Below are positions 1 to 39,879 of a stretch of DNA of 64,000 nucleotides, in pieces. Every line of letters begins with the position of its first letter. Position 1 is the stretch's first letter. Location of the stretch: positions 1,003,093 through 1,067,092 of the forward strand of contig JAWQFM010000026.1 of assembly GCA_033442325.1 (NCBI GenBank), read 5' to 3'. This DNA is from Salpingoeca rosetta. Lineage: Eukaryota > Protista > Choanoflagellata. The notes beneath the pieces were generated by a model. It was given only the letters and a program-made list of their open reading frames with translations, ran no database searches and was not told the DNA's origin. The position numbers and the translations under genes were made by a program.

Positions 1-165
1 CACCAGGGAATGAGTGCAACGCCAGATCCCCAAACGCCATCTGCAAAGTGTATGTGTGTGTGTGTGTGTGTGAACAAGTGTGACAGGAACGCAAACGAGG
101 AACAGGGTCCCAACCAGCAGAATTTGCGAGACGAAGAGACGAGGAGACGGAGGAGGAACGACAGC

Positions 166-236
<71 letters not shown>

Positions 237-1603
237 CAGTTCTGTCTGTGTGGCATCCTTGGGTAAAGCATATGCGGTAATGGCCGTTGGAGGCCTGGCG
301 TAATGACACAAAAACGGAAACGTCGCCTCCACCTCAGCTGCATTGACGGATCGCTCCACATAGCCACGCAGGTCGTTCCCCAACAAGCCGGCCACATTGC
401 CTGCCATCAACCACTGCTCCTGCTCCTGCTGCTGCTGCTTCTTCTTCTCCTTCTTCTCCTTCTTCTCCTTCTTCTCCTTCTTGTCCTTCTTCTCCTTCTT
501 CTCCGTCTTTCCTTCTTTCGCTGTGCCTGTTGCTGTCTTCGTAGCATGTGCAGGCGCAGCAAGATTCCCACCACCATCGCCTCGGCGCTTCGTGTCGCTG
601 CTGCTGCCCGGACTCCCCTCGGAGCCGGCTGTGTGAGGTCTGGTGTTTGCGCGGAGCATGTTCTCGTAGAGGGCCATCGGGCAATGCGGCATGAACAGCA
701 GCGTGGGCCGGTCCAGGGCCATGTAGCCGACCGTGTTCTCCTGCAGCACCTCGATCCCCATCACGTGCAGCGCCGCCACCTCGTTGATGTTGAAGCACGG
801 GTCGAAACACACGACCCTGTCACATGCAAGTGCAGAGGCCAGCGCTTTCGCCGTCAGCAGCTGCGCCCGCGCACTTTTGCTCGTCAGAAACCCGCCCAAT
901 CCAAGCACCACCAGCTGCTCTACACGCGTCATCTTCGGTGCTTTAGCCCGCACCACCTCTTCGCCAGTGAGTGGGTGAGGCAATGGGGTGAGGAAGGTGA
1001 TGGGTGAGGGAGGGAAGGATGGGTGAGGGATGAGTGTGAAGGGGGGAACAGCAAGCCAGAAATTGGAAAAGAAATGGAGTGAAGTCAGTTCACACACACA
1101 CATACACGCACACATACACGCACAATCACACACACACACACAATCACACACAATCACACAATCACACACACACACAATCACACACACAATTACACACACA
1201 CACAAGCACGTCCCCTTACCGACGATGGATGCAATGGTGTCTGACACCTCACTGCGCTCTTTTACAAGCCGGGAGAGACACGACCGCACTACCTCCAGGC
1301 TAAAAGGCTCATCGCCACTGCCAACCACCGTCCTGCATATTTGCGTGTGTGCGTGTGTTGTGACGCGAGGGGGTGCGATAAAGGTGCAGCGCAGCAACAC
1401 CGCCCACACGTCGTCAGCGTCAAATTTCAACACAACGCACCGCAATGAACACAAACGTACTGTGCCACTGTCGTCGTGCTCGTGGCGTCAGGCCGGCCCT
1501 GTTTCCTCCTCACACCTTGCTTCCCATGCTTCTTCTTGCCCTTCTTGTTCTTGTTCTTCTTGCTGCTCACGCTCAGCCAGCCATCCTCATCAACGTCCGC
1601 CAT
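1..1603 (-). CDS. SRR1-domain protein (SRRD-like), multi-exon, 3' end runs off the window
   Basis: ATG at 1603 (MADVDEDGWLSVSSKK). Exons at about 1603-1461, 1332-1220, 958-237 and 40-1. Motifs LVVLGLGGF, AQLL, FDPCF, PTLLFMPHCPMALYENML, LLGNDL and AFGDLALHSF match the SRR1 family pattern as I recall it. Confidence 0.8.
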
Positions 1604-1828
1604 CTTTTTGCTGTGACACTGAAATCAGTCGTTGTAGACTGAAATCAGTCGACACGGTTTGTGTGTTTTCTGCCGGCTGACTTTTCCCATAGCGTGATGC
1701 TTTGTTTCGTGGGCATTTTGCTCCTGTGTCCTTGTGTCTACAAGCACGACTGCCTGCAGGCACGACAACCACGAACGAAGAAGCTGAAGGATCCCAGCCA
1801 GGGAGTGCCACGACGACCTACGAAAGCC

Positions 1829-7028
<5,200 letters not shown>

Positions 7029-7057
7029 AAAACGAGAGTGTGTCATGGGCTGGCAAG

Positions 7058-7088
<31 letters not shown>

Positions 7089-7513
7089 TGCGCTGTTTTC
7101 CCTTCTTTCTTAAGGCCTTTCAGTCGGTAACCTTCTCTCACACTCTCCCGTTATTGTTGTCCGTACATGCAGTTCGCTTTCTCGTGACTGCACAGATGTA
7201 GATGTGGTATCTTCTTCGTGTTCATCGACTTCGTGTTACTCGTCGAGGCTGTTTGCCTGCTCCTTGCTTTCAGCCATAAAGTGCAATGCCAACCCCTCTA
7301 GCTCTTCACAAAGCAACCCCAGCATATAAGCAACGCCACATGGTTCCAGTCATTTATTCGTTGCCTCATACCAAGCTCAAGCACGCTGTACCTTCAAACC
7401 AGGTGTACGCACAGGTGCACACACGCACACACACACACAGACACACGCAGACACACGCAGACACAGACACACACACACACACACACACAGACATACACAC
7501 AGACATACACATG

Positions 7514-14494
<6,981 letters not shown>

Positions 14495-14708
14495 GGCTGA
14501 TGGTCACTCGTCGCCTCCCAGTCGCAGGCAGTCGGTTGAGGACGTTGAATGCAGGCGACTTGCGCCTCTTTCCCTCTCTTCTTGTCAGTGCAAACAACAA
14601 GCAACAAGAAGCAAGCACTGCCGCAAACAACCAGCGTTTGTCGCCAAGGATGGAGCACGACAGCATAAATTGAGACTACCCAATATCGCAGCACAACAGC
14701 AGACGATT

Positions 14709-16201
14709 ATGTCGATGATCTCGGCCGTGTTGGAGGACTTGGAGCCTGCAAGCACAGAGGCCATCAGCGCAGACATCACAACACAGGCAGCATCGGGTGC
14801 GTGGGCATGTGGCGTGCATGAGGTTGTGGACGTGCGATTACCGTTGCTGGCGTGCTTTTGGACGTGCTTGACGATGTGTTTGCGGTGGCGCGGTGGCCAT
14901 TCCATGTGCCTGTGCAACATGTTGTCACATCATTCGATGTGCTGACGTGGTTGTCTTTGTGGGTTGGTTGCATCGCACAGGGACGACGCCACAAGAGGTG
15001 CACTTTATCGTAGCCCAGGAGCTCGACCGAAGAGGGGACACACAGGCCGCCATCACCGCGTACGTCCACACTGTGTATACTTGTGTGTGCTTGTGTGTGC
15101 ATGTGTGCTTGTGTGTGTATGTGTGCTTGTGTGTGTGCATGTGCATGTGTGTGCATGTGCATGTGTGCGTGTGTGTGTGTGTGTGTGCATGTGCATGTGC
15201 ATGAGCAGGTACATCGTTGTGCCTGCTTCCAAAAGTGTGCTGTTGCTGCCACAATACGTGCAGCAAATCTGCTCACACACAACCTATGCCCATCCTCTCC
15301 TTCCCCTGTCCGTCTCCTCTCTCCCCTTTCACACACACACACACACAACCGCAGGTATGAGGATTTCATTGAAGCGGCGGCGGAGAATGAGGACCTGATG
15401 GCGCAGGTGCACGCATATCGACGCGTGGCACAATTGCACAGGCAGCGGCGCGAGATCCGCCAGGCCATCACCGCGTATCAGCACATGCTGTCTTTGGCGC
15501 AGGAGGCAAAGCAGATGCCGCTCATATGCGCTGCCTACGGACAACTTGGCAGCCTATACCTGCTCATGGCACAGGAGACCTCGCAGGAAAAGGGCGGGGA
15601 CGGCGTGCAGCGGGAGCAGAACGAGGAGCGGCTGCTGTCAGAGTCGCTGAATAGCTACACGAGCCTCCTCACCATCGCCACGACAATACACGACCGCAGG
15701 GCCATCACACAGGCGCGGCGCGGGCTCGGGCTCGTGCACGCGGCGATGGGCGACTGGGCGGAGGCGCGCGTGCAGCTGGAGAGGCACCTTGCCGGGTGCA
15801 AGCAGGTGGGCACGCCACGACAGCAGGCGCAGGCGTGCCATCTCCTGGCCGAGGCGCTGGGCACCATTGTATCCTCGGCGATCGACACGGCAATGGGGGC
15901 GACGCGTGCGCTGTTCCACAAGCAGGTGGAGCTGAGGTGGCAGCAGGCAGCCATGGCAACCGAGGCAAACGACACGCTCCTCCTCATCCAGGCATATGTG
16001 CGCCTTGGGGACCTGTATGCCAACTCTGGGAGCTACACACAGTACTATGGGGCGGGCAAGGCGCGGGAGTGTTACCAGCTGGCGCTGGATGCGGCAAAGG
16101 GGGTTGACTTGGCGGCGTTGGGGAAGGAGGGGGCGGACGCTGTGAGGCGCGCGGCCGATCATCTGGACAAGCTCTCCTCCTCCTCTTGCTCCATCAGCTA
16201 G
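14709..16201 (+). CDS. TPR-repeat protein ending in a CaaX box (CSIS)
   Basis: Exons at about 14709-14796, 14981-15059 and 15355-16201. TPR-like helices (AYRRVAQLH, AAYGQLGSLY, ARRGLGLVHAAMGDWAEA, AYVRLGDLY..ARECYQLAL). C-terminus SSSSCSIS*. Confidence 0.75.
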
Positions 16202-16304
16202 CATATATGCGTATTGTGTATTTGTGTATTTGTGTTTGTATGTGTGTGTGTGTGTATGTGTGTGTATTTCTCTGTGTCTGTATGTGTGCGTTTATGTCTG
16301 TCCC

Positions 16305-16338
<34 letters not shown>

Positions 16339-17178
16339 CCTCCCCCTGCGTCAACGCTTTGGACCGTCCTTTGTTCACGCGCACCATTCCACCACGTTGT
16401 GTCGCTAATTGGGCTGCTGTGCGATCGTGGAACTGCTTGCGATGATATGGCAGTGCACACGTTGCTGGTGTCTTTTGCCATTTGTTTGGTGTGTACATAG
16501 CCTTTGAGCACCATCCGTGCAACTTGCCATCCCTCGTTCTTCGCCTTGGTTCGCCACAATTGCCAGCACCACCGCCCTTTGATAAACGCAAACTCGTATT
16601 GTGCCAATGCACGAGCTCAGCGTTTCCTTCAGCACCCCCCTCCCCGAACCCAACTCTCGTTCATGTCAGCCCCACCACTCGTAATGCATGCGTGTTCGTG
16701 TATTGGCGGGAAATGTTGGAGGGACAGGAGGCGCTGAGCATCTGGGTTGAGACGCAGACAGCACCAAGTGACAACAGCCACGCACCGCAACCAATCACAC
16801 AAGCACACACTCGTGTTGTGTCTGGTGTTGGTGATGAGGCAGTCAATAAAGGCAGGCACCGTGCCGTGCACAGGCAAGCACCAAAAAGCACGGCCGCGGT
16901 GACACCAAAACAACCGTCATCACCACGCACGCACACGCACACGACGCAGGAGACAGCATCAAGCAGAAGAAGAAGAAGACGGACGAACAAGCGACGGAAT
17001 GAACTGGGGGCAAGAAACACCGGTTACACACGAAAGGGTCACAAGCCACGAAGAGACACAAACAGCGACAGTTGTGAATTGCGTGTTGATGTGCCCATCG
17101 CACGCCGTGCGCAAATGTGGGTTGGTCGTTGGCATGGCGATGGCGCACACGAGTGGCGTGAGGGTGGGAGGGGGTTTC

Positions 17179-18165
17179 TTAGAACGTCTTCTTCTTCCTG
17201 AAGCTGCAGCCTATATTGGTGATCGAAGCGCAAAAGGTGGGTCGGTGACATCAAGCAGCGTGAGACGGTGGAAGAGAACACAAAGAAGAGGGGCAACGGA
17301 AACGGTGGCGTGAACAACGACGACACACACGCACGCACAAAACACACAAGTGCAAGACGTTGCGCTGGGCAAGTCACACACATCCTGGAGAATGCATGCG
17401 AACGCGCACGCGCTTGCTCTCAGCAAACACACAACACACCACGCACATCAAACACGCACCACACACAACAGACGCACGGCCACCCATCTCAACGGACATC
17501 TCCGTGTTTGATGTCAGCGCACATGGAAGCACAAACACGCAGGCACAAACGCACCCTCTGTGAGACGAGCCTTGCCGCCGGTGGGCTGGCAGAGGATCTG
17601 TGTGCAGTTGCTGCAGACAACAACGGTGGAGGCGTGGGAGAACACGGTGGAGATGAAGGCGCAGCCAGGGCAGCGGACGTCCATGAAGTACGAGTCCGGG
17701 GACTGGACGAGGCGCTTGAGCTTGTGCTTGGTGGCCTCACGCTCGGGGCGTGGGTTCAGGAGATCGATGGCAAGCTGGTGCGCACATTGGTGGGTGGGAG
17801 GTTGGTGAGTTGGAATGGGTGTTGTTTGAGTTCGGTGTTGTTGGATAAGGTGTTGGTGTGTGGTTTGAGGCCGCGACGATAGCGGGCATGTGACAAACAA
17901 CCGCACCGCGCAAACACAGGAGCGTAGCACAAAAACAACGACACGCGTTGTTGGCGTGGGTGTAAATGAAGATGCAGAGGCGAAACGATTGCACGCTCGA
18001 CCACAGAGAAAGAGAGAGAGAGAGAGCATGCACATATGCATACACACACATACACACATGCATACACACACACACACATTCACCACATGCAACGTCGACA
18101 CTCGCCACGCCACGCCCGGGCATATCCCTATCCCCCATTACGAGCAGAGCACCACTTACAGGCAT
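17179..18165 (-). CDS. RPS27: 40S ribosomal protein S27 (eS27)
   Basis: Three exons read MP|[74 protein letters not shown]|CSFRKKKTF*, with the Cys4 zinc finger intact. Confidence 0.97.
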
Positions 18166-18244
18166 GGCTGCGGCTGTGGTGGTGGAAGCACAAGGGGGGT
18201 TGGCTGCTCACTCGGGCTCTTGTCTCGTCTCGTGTGCGCAGTGT

Positions 18245-18254
18245 GGAAAAAGGG
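18245..18254 (-). promoter_or_regulatory. Polypyrimidine TCT/5'TOP-like start element upstream of RPS27
   Basis: CCCTTTTTCC on the minus strand, about 80 bp upstream of the ATG. It resembles the TCT initiator of animal ribosomal-protein genes. TSS not measured. Confidence 0.45.
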
Positions 18255-18353
18255 CGATGACATTCATCAATTATCGACAACCCCTTAATTCAGGGCCGTA
18301 TTGCAAATATTTTCGTCGAGTCAGCACAAAACGTAGTCGAGCAAGCGGGAACG

Positions 18354-19117
18354 ATGATGATGAGGATGATGACGAGCGGAGTTGAGGACAACGGGTGTGT
18401 GGGTGTGTGTGTGTGTGTATGTGTGTGTGTGCATGTGTGTGCATGTGTGTCTGTGTGTGTGTGCATGTGTGTCTGTGTGTCTGTGTGTGTTGTGTGTGTG
18501 TCTGTGTGCATGCGTGTGTGTGTGTGTGTCTGTCTATGTGTGTGCATGTGTGTGTCTGTGTGTGTTGTGTGTGTGTCTGTGTGTGTTGTGTGTGTGTGTG
18601 TGCATGCGTGTCTCTCTGTCCCTCCCGCCCTCTCCCTCCCCCCCCCTCCAATTCCCTTCCTCCCACCCATGTTCTCACTCCAAGTCTTTCACCCACTCGG
18701 CTGCAGGAAAGCACGGCTGCGTGCGCTGCATCGGTTGACAGGCGTGAAAGCGCGCAGGCGCAATGTAAGCAAGGGCCAAAGCGGCACCCACACTGACGAC
18801 AACGGAAGTCTTCACACAGAAACGAGTTCACAACAGCAGCAACAGCAACAGCAACAAGAGCAACAACAGCAACAGCAACAGGCGAGGGGTGCGTTGCCGT
18901 TGCGAAGCCAGCTGCTTGGTGAACCTGATGATGAAAGCAGTAACAAGAAGAAGGTCGATCACGCCAAGCTGCAAGACGAGATTCTGCAGGACACTTATCA
19001 GTCTGTCCTTCACCTCAAATCCGTTTTCCAGAACACCCACGCCAGCGTGCGGCAAGGCACAGAGGTGTGTATGTGTGTGTTTGAATGTGTGTGTAGTGTG
19101 TGTGTGTGTGTGTGTTG

Positions 19118-19170
<53 letters not shown>

Positions 19171-19465
19171 CTTCCCTTGCTGTGTGGTGTCAGCGCTGCC
19201 GCTTTCCATGCCTCTTCCCAATGATCTCATACACCGTATCGCTCATCCACTCCGCTCCTTTTCTCCATCCTCTCTGAAGGTCATCGACGAGACCTTGGAG
19301 GCTGCGGAAGCGGCAGAGGCCGATATGGACAAGGCCTTGGCCGCCATGAAGAAGCACCTGGCCAGTGGCACAAACCTCTACATCTACCTCAGCATGGTGT
19401 TTACGCTGCTCCTCTTCATCATCATGGTTGTCTTTATCCACTTCTCCAACAAGGCGGCCTCCTAG
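18354..19465 (+). CDS. USE1: USE1-like ER SNARE (Qc), tail-anchored
   Basis: LRSQLLG..HAKLQDEILQDTYQSVLHLKSVF..|VIDETLEAAEAAEADMDKALAAMKKHL, then a C-terminal TM (LYIYLSMVFTLLLFIIMVVFIHF). This parallels the Use1 SNARE motif and tail. Start codon uncertain. Confidence 0.65.
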
Positions 19466-19550
19466 CTCCACTGTGTGGTCGCGTTATTCTCCGTGTGTGT
19501 GTGTGTGTGCGTGTGTGTGTGCGTGCGTGTGTGCGTGTGCGCGTGCGTGC

Positions 19551-19612
<62 letters not shown>

Positions 19613-19950
19613 GCCTGTCGCTCTCGCTCTCTCTTGTTTTGCATCTTCGTGCCACTTCGTCGTGTTGTACGAAATGACTTGTTGCCCACAGCTGGGGACC
19701 CTCACTCGTTTAATTTGTGTTATCATCGACTCCTTTAGCCTTGAATTGTACAGACAAGCGGAAGCAATAAACGATCACAACCACACACGCACACGCACAC
19801 ATTGGGTCAGTTAGCACGCTCCACGTGGATTGGTGCTCAATAATAGAGGTGAGGGAAGCTCCGAGAATAAAAGGCGTTGGCCGAGGACGCATGCACACAT
19901 GCACACGCATGCACACATGCACACGCATGCACACATGCACACGCATGAGT

Positions 19951-27523
<7,573 letters not shown>

Positions 27524-27935
27524 CGTTGTTGCGGCGCGCTGTTTTTGAGTGCGCCATTTCTTCTTTTCACTTGTTACTTTAAGCGCACAGGGGGGGCGGA
27601 GCCCCCCTGGGAAAATCCGTGGGCGCGGTGGCAGCATTTCTGCGTCCGCTCGCGGACGCAGAGTTTTTCGGTGGCGCAGCCACCTTTTTCTGTCAACGTT
27701 TGCTCGACAAACTTTGCTCACATCTGCAGAATAAAAAAAATTCACGGGGACACTGAATTCAGTCCTATGCCTGCGAAGCGGCATGAAACACTTAGCACAC
27801 TTGTTTCTTTTTTGTTTTTTGTTTTGGTGCTGGTGGTTAGATTTGACTTTGGCCAAGGCAAATTTGCCTTGACGCAGTTCACGTGCTTGCGAGTCTGTGT
27901 ATTGTGAACTTCTTTCCCGGATTTCGCTTCTCGTG

Positions 27936-27948
27936 CCTTTTTCTCTCC
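27936..27948 (+). promoter_or_regulatory. Polypyrimidine TCT/5'TOP-like element upstream of RPL13A
   Basis: CCTTTTTCTCTCC about 40 bp before the putative first ATG (27988). It has the same CCTTTTTC core as the element before RPS27. Confidence 0.45.
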
Positions 27949-27987
27949 ACCACCAGCACCACCACCGACACAGCGCGTGTATGTTCC

Positions 27988-29910
27988 ATGGCTGAGTGAG
28001 ATGGATATGGGGAGTGGCGGCGTGCTGCTGCTCGCGCTCGCGCGTGTGCGTGTGCATGCGTGCGTGTGCGTGTGCTCTCTGTCTGTGTACAACCGTGTCT
28101 GTCTGTAATCATCTGCATCTCTGCGCGTGGGCACAAGAACACCACCGCTACAACATGCACACGTTTCTGCAGTCTCATGATGTCACATGCACCAACCACC
28201 ACCAACCACCACTGCAGCATGTTTGAGAAGCGGATCGTCATCGACGCCCGCGGGCACCTTCTCGGTCGCCTTGCATCCATCGTGGCCAAGGAGATCCTCA
28301 GCGGTGCGTTGCATGAAACATCACACACCACACAAACCACACGTTGAGACAGCACGTGCGCATCAGATGCACATGTGCAGCACCAGCACGTGACGCCCGA
28401 CAACGAGCCAGCGACAGAAACATAGAGGGAGAGAGACCGGGAGGCAGAGTTAAGAGTGAAACAGAAGGCAGGGTGCCCGGTGACATCAGCTGCTCGTGGA
28501 GCAGCTGAAGAGAGACTGATTCGGCAGACAACGATGACCGAACACGCCCGCGACGCAACAGAGCACTGTTCCATGACCTTTGCTGCGGCACTCACAGTTT
28601 GTCCGTTGCCTTTGCGTGTGTTTGACTTGCTGTCTCTCTCTCTCTCGTTGTTGTTGTTGTTGCAGGCCAGCACGTTGTTGTTGTTCGTTGCGAGCAGATC
28701 AACATCTCTGGCTCCTTCTACAGGAACAAGCGTGAGTTGGAGTGCGGCGGGAGCGTGTGTTGTTTTGGGGATTGGTGTTGACGATGTCTTGCACATGGGG
28801 CGGGGGTGTTGGACAACTACATGAGTGTATGTGTGTGTGATCAGTTGTTGCAGCGCTAGCCTCACGTTTCCATCGTGGTGCTTGTGCGTGCAGTGAAGTA
28901 CAAGGAGTTCCTCCGCAAGCGCTGCAACGTGAACCCTGCCCGTGGTCCCTTCCACCTTCGCGCTCCCTCCCGCATCTTCTGGCGTGTGGTGCGCGGTATG
29001 CTCCCGCACAAGAAGGCAAAGGGTGCCGCCGCCCTCGGCCGCCTCAAATGCTTCGAGGGTGTCCCCCCTCCCTATGACAAGGTATATGTGTGTGAGAGAT
29101 AGCGTTTGGTTGGGATGCAACTGTGGGCGGGAGTTGTGTGGCATCGTGCGTGTGTGTGTGTTTGCGTGTTGAAGATGTGTGCCATGCCTCCTCCTCCGTG
29201 GTTGTGTGTGTGTGTTTGCTGACGTGTTTTTTGGTGTTGTTGTTGCTGTTGTGGGTTGTTTCCCTATCAATAGGTGAAGCGCGTTGTCGTCCCCGGTGCC
29301 CTCCGCGTCCTCCGCCTCCGTCCCGACCGCAAGGTGTGTTCCTGTTTGATTTGTGTGGATGGGTGAGCGTGTGATGAATGGGGGAACGAGGAGGCTGGTA
29401 GAGGTCGAGTCCCGTTAGCACGTGGATGCGACATTATTTGGTGCTCGCGTCACTTGCTCATGGGTTCTCATTTTCGTTTGTGTTTGCGGTTATGTAGTTC
29501 TGCACTGTTGGTCGTCTGTCACACGAGATGGGCTGGAAGTACAAGGACATCGTTGAGAAGCTCGAGGCCAAGCGCAGCATGCGCGCCAAAGAGTACTACA
29601 CCGCAAAGAAGAAGGCCGTGGTGCGTACCAACGCTGCATTGTTGTTGTTGTTGTTGTTATTGCTGTGTGGGATGGATGGGTGCATTCACCTGATGAAGCT
29701 GAGTGAGGCTGGCTCTCGTATGTTGTCGTGGACTCACTCTGCTTGCACGCTTGTGTGTGTGTGTGTGTGCCTTTTTTGCTGCCCTCTTTTGTCCCTCACC
29801 GTCACCCATCCACACTTGCTTCACTGCCAAAACAGGCGGCACGCGCCAAGGTGATGCAGTCGGAGGCTGTTGCAAAGTGCAACGCGACGCTTGCCAAGCT
29901 CGGCTACTAA
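27988..29910 (+). CDS. RPL13A: 60S ribosomal protein L13a (uL13)
   Basis: (MAD)[29 protein letters not shown]|[21 protein letters not shown]|..[45 protein letters not shown]|[15 protein letters not shown]..|[21 protein letters not shown]. The start is either 27988 (micro-exon) or 28219. Confidence 0.97.
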
Positions 29911-30263
29911 GCGCTCAAGCCTTTATGTGTTCTGGTGTATGGTCTCTTTCCTTCTCTTCCTTGATGCGTTTGCGCTGCACCGCCGCGAAGAAGATATGCT
30001 TGCTGGCGGTGGGTGTCGAGTAAACCGAACAAGAAGCAGCGTTCATGTAACAGAACAACAGAAACGGCTGAGGTGGCTTGAGTGCTGAGCAGTGGGCGTT
30101 TGTTGTGTCGACAAAAGGCTTTTTTTGGGCGACGACTGATGACATTTCACACAGCAAAACGAAAGAGAAGAAAAGCAAGCGAGACATCAAGCAGACAAGG
30201 CTCACCGACTCTGACACAGTTTGAAGCAATAACCAAGCGACCACTACTGTTGTGACCGCAAGC

Positions 30264-39290
<9,027 letters not shown>

Positions 39291-39296
39291 TGTGTG

Positions 39297-39329
<33 letters not shown>

Positions 39330-39733
39330 TTGTGTGGCGCACATCCTCAAGCTGTTGCTCTGTCCACTGCAACAGCCGTTCCGTTCTCTTCCCCACACCT
39401 GTCAGAGCCTCTTGTGGTTTGACCTTTCTTTTGTGTTCCGTCCACGTTATTACAGAGTGGTGTTGTGCGCTGGTTCAGGGAAGACAAGCAACACGTGAGA
39501 GGAAAGAGAGAGCAAGGGAAGTGAGGCGAGAGGAGAGGGAGATGAGCCAACACACTCGTCCCTTCAATTACAAACCCCCGGGGAGTTGGCGGCAGGCGGG
39601 GGTATCCCCTAAGCCTCACGCAAATGGTTATTGTGGGTGGGCGGCCAGCCGGGCAGCAAGGAAGGCGAGGGCAGGAGGGCAGGAAAGAGGTGGTAGTCGT
39701 TGTTGTTGCTGCTGCTGTCAGGTGCCAGGGTGG

Positions 39734-39767
<34 letters not shown>

Positions 39768-39879
39768 GCACACACACACTCACACACACACAAGCACACA
39801 CACACACACCTACACACACACATACACACACACATACACACACATACACACACACACATACACACACACACACACACAA

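Noticed and set aside
303-1007. 234-aa ORF with a poly-Leu pseudo-TM segment
   Set aside because: Antisense shadow of the KEK-rich insert in the SRR1-domain exon.
14495-14708. Possible RFX X-box upstream of the flagellar kinesin (CTTGTCAGTGCAAAC)
   Set aside because: Too many mismatches to GTTGCCATGGCAAC to support by eye.
29370-29720. TGATGA boxes in RPL13A introns as C/D snoRNAs
   Set aside because: No suitably spaced CTGA D box, terminal stem or recognisable rRNA guide.
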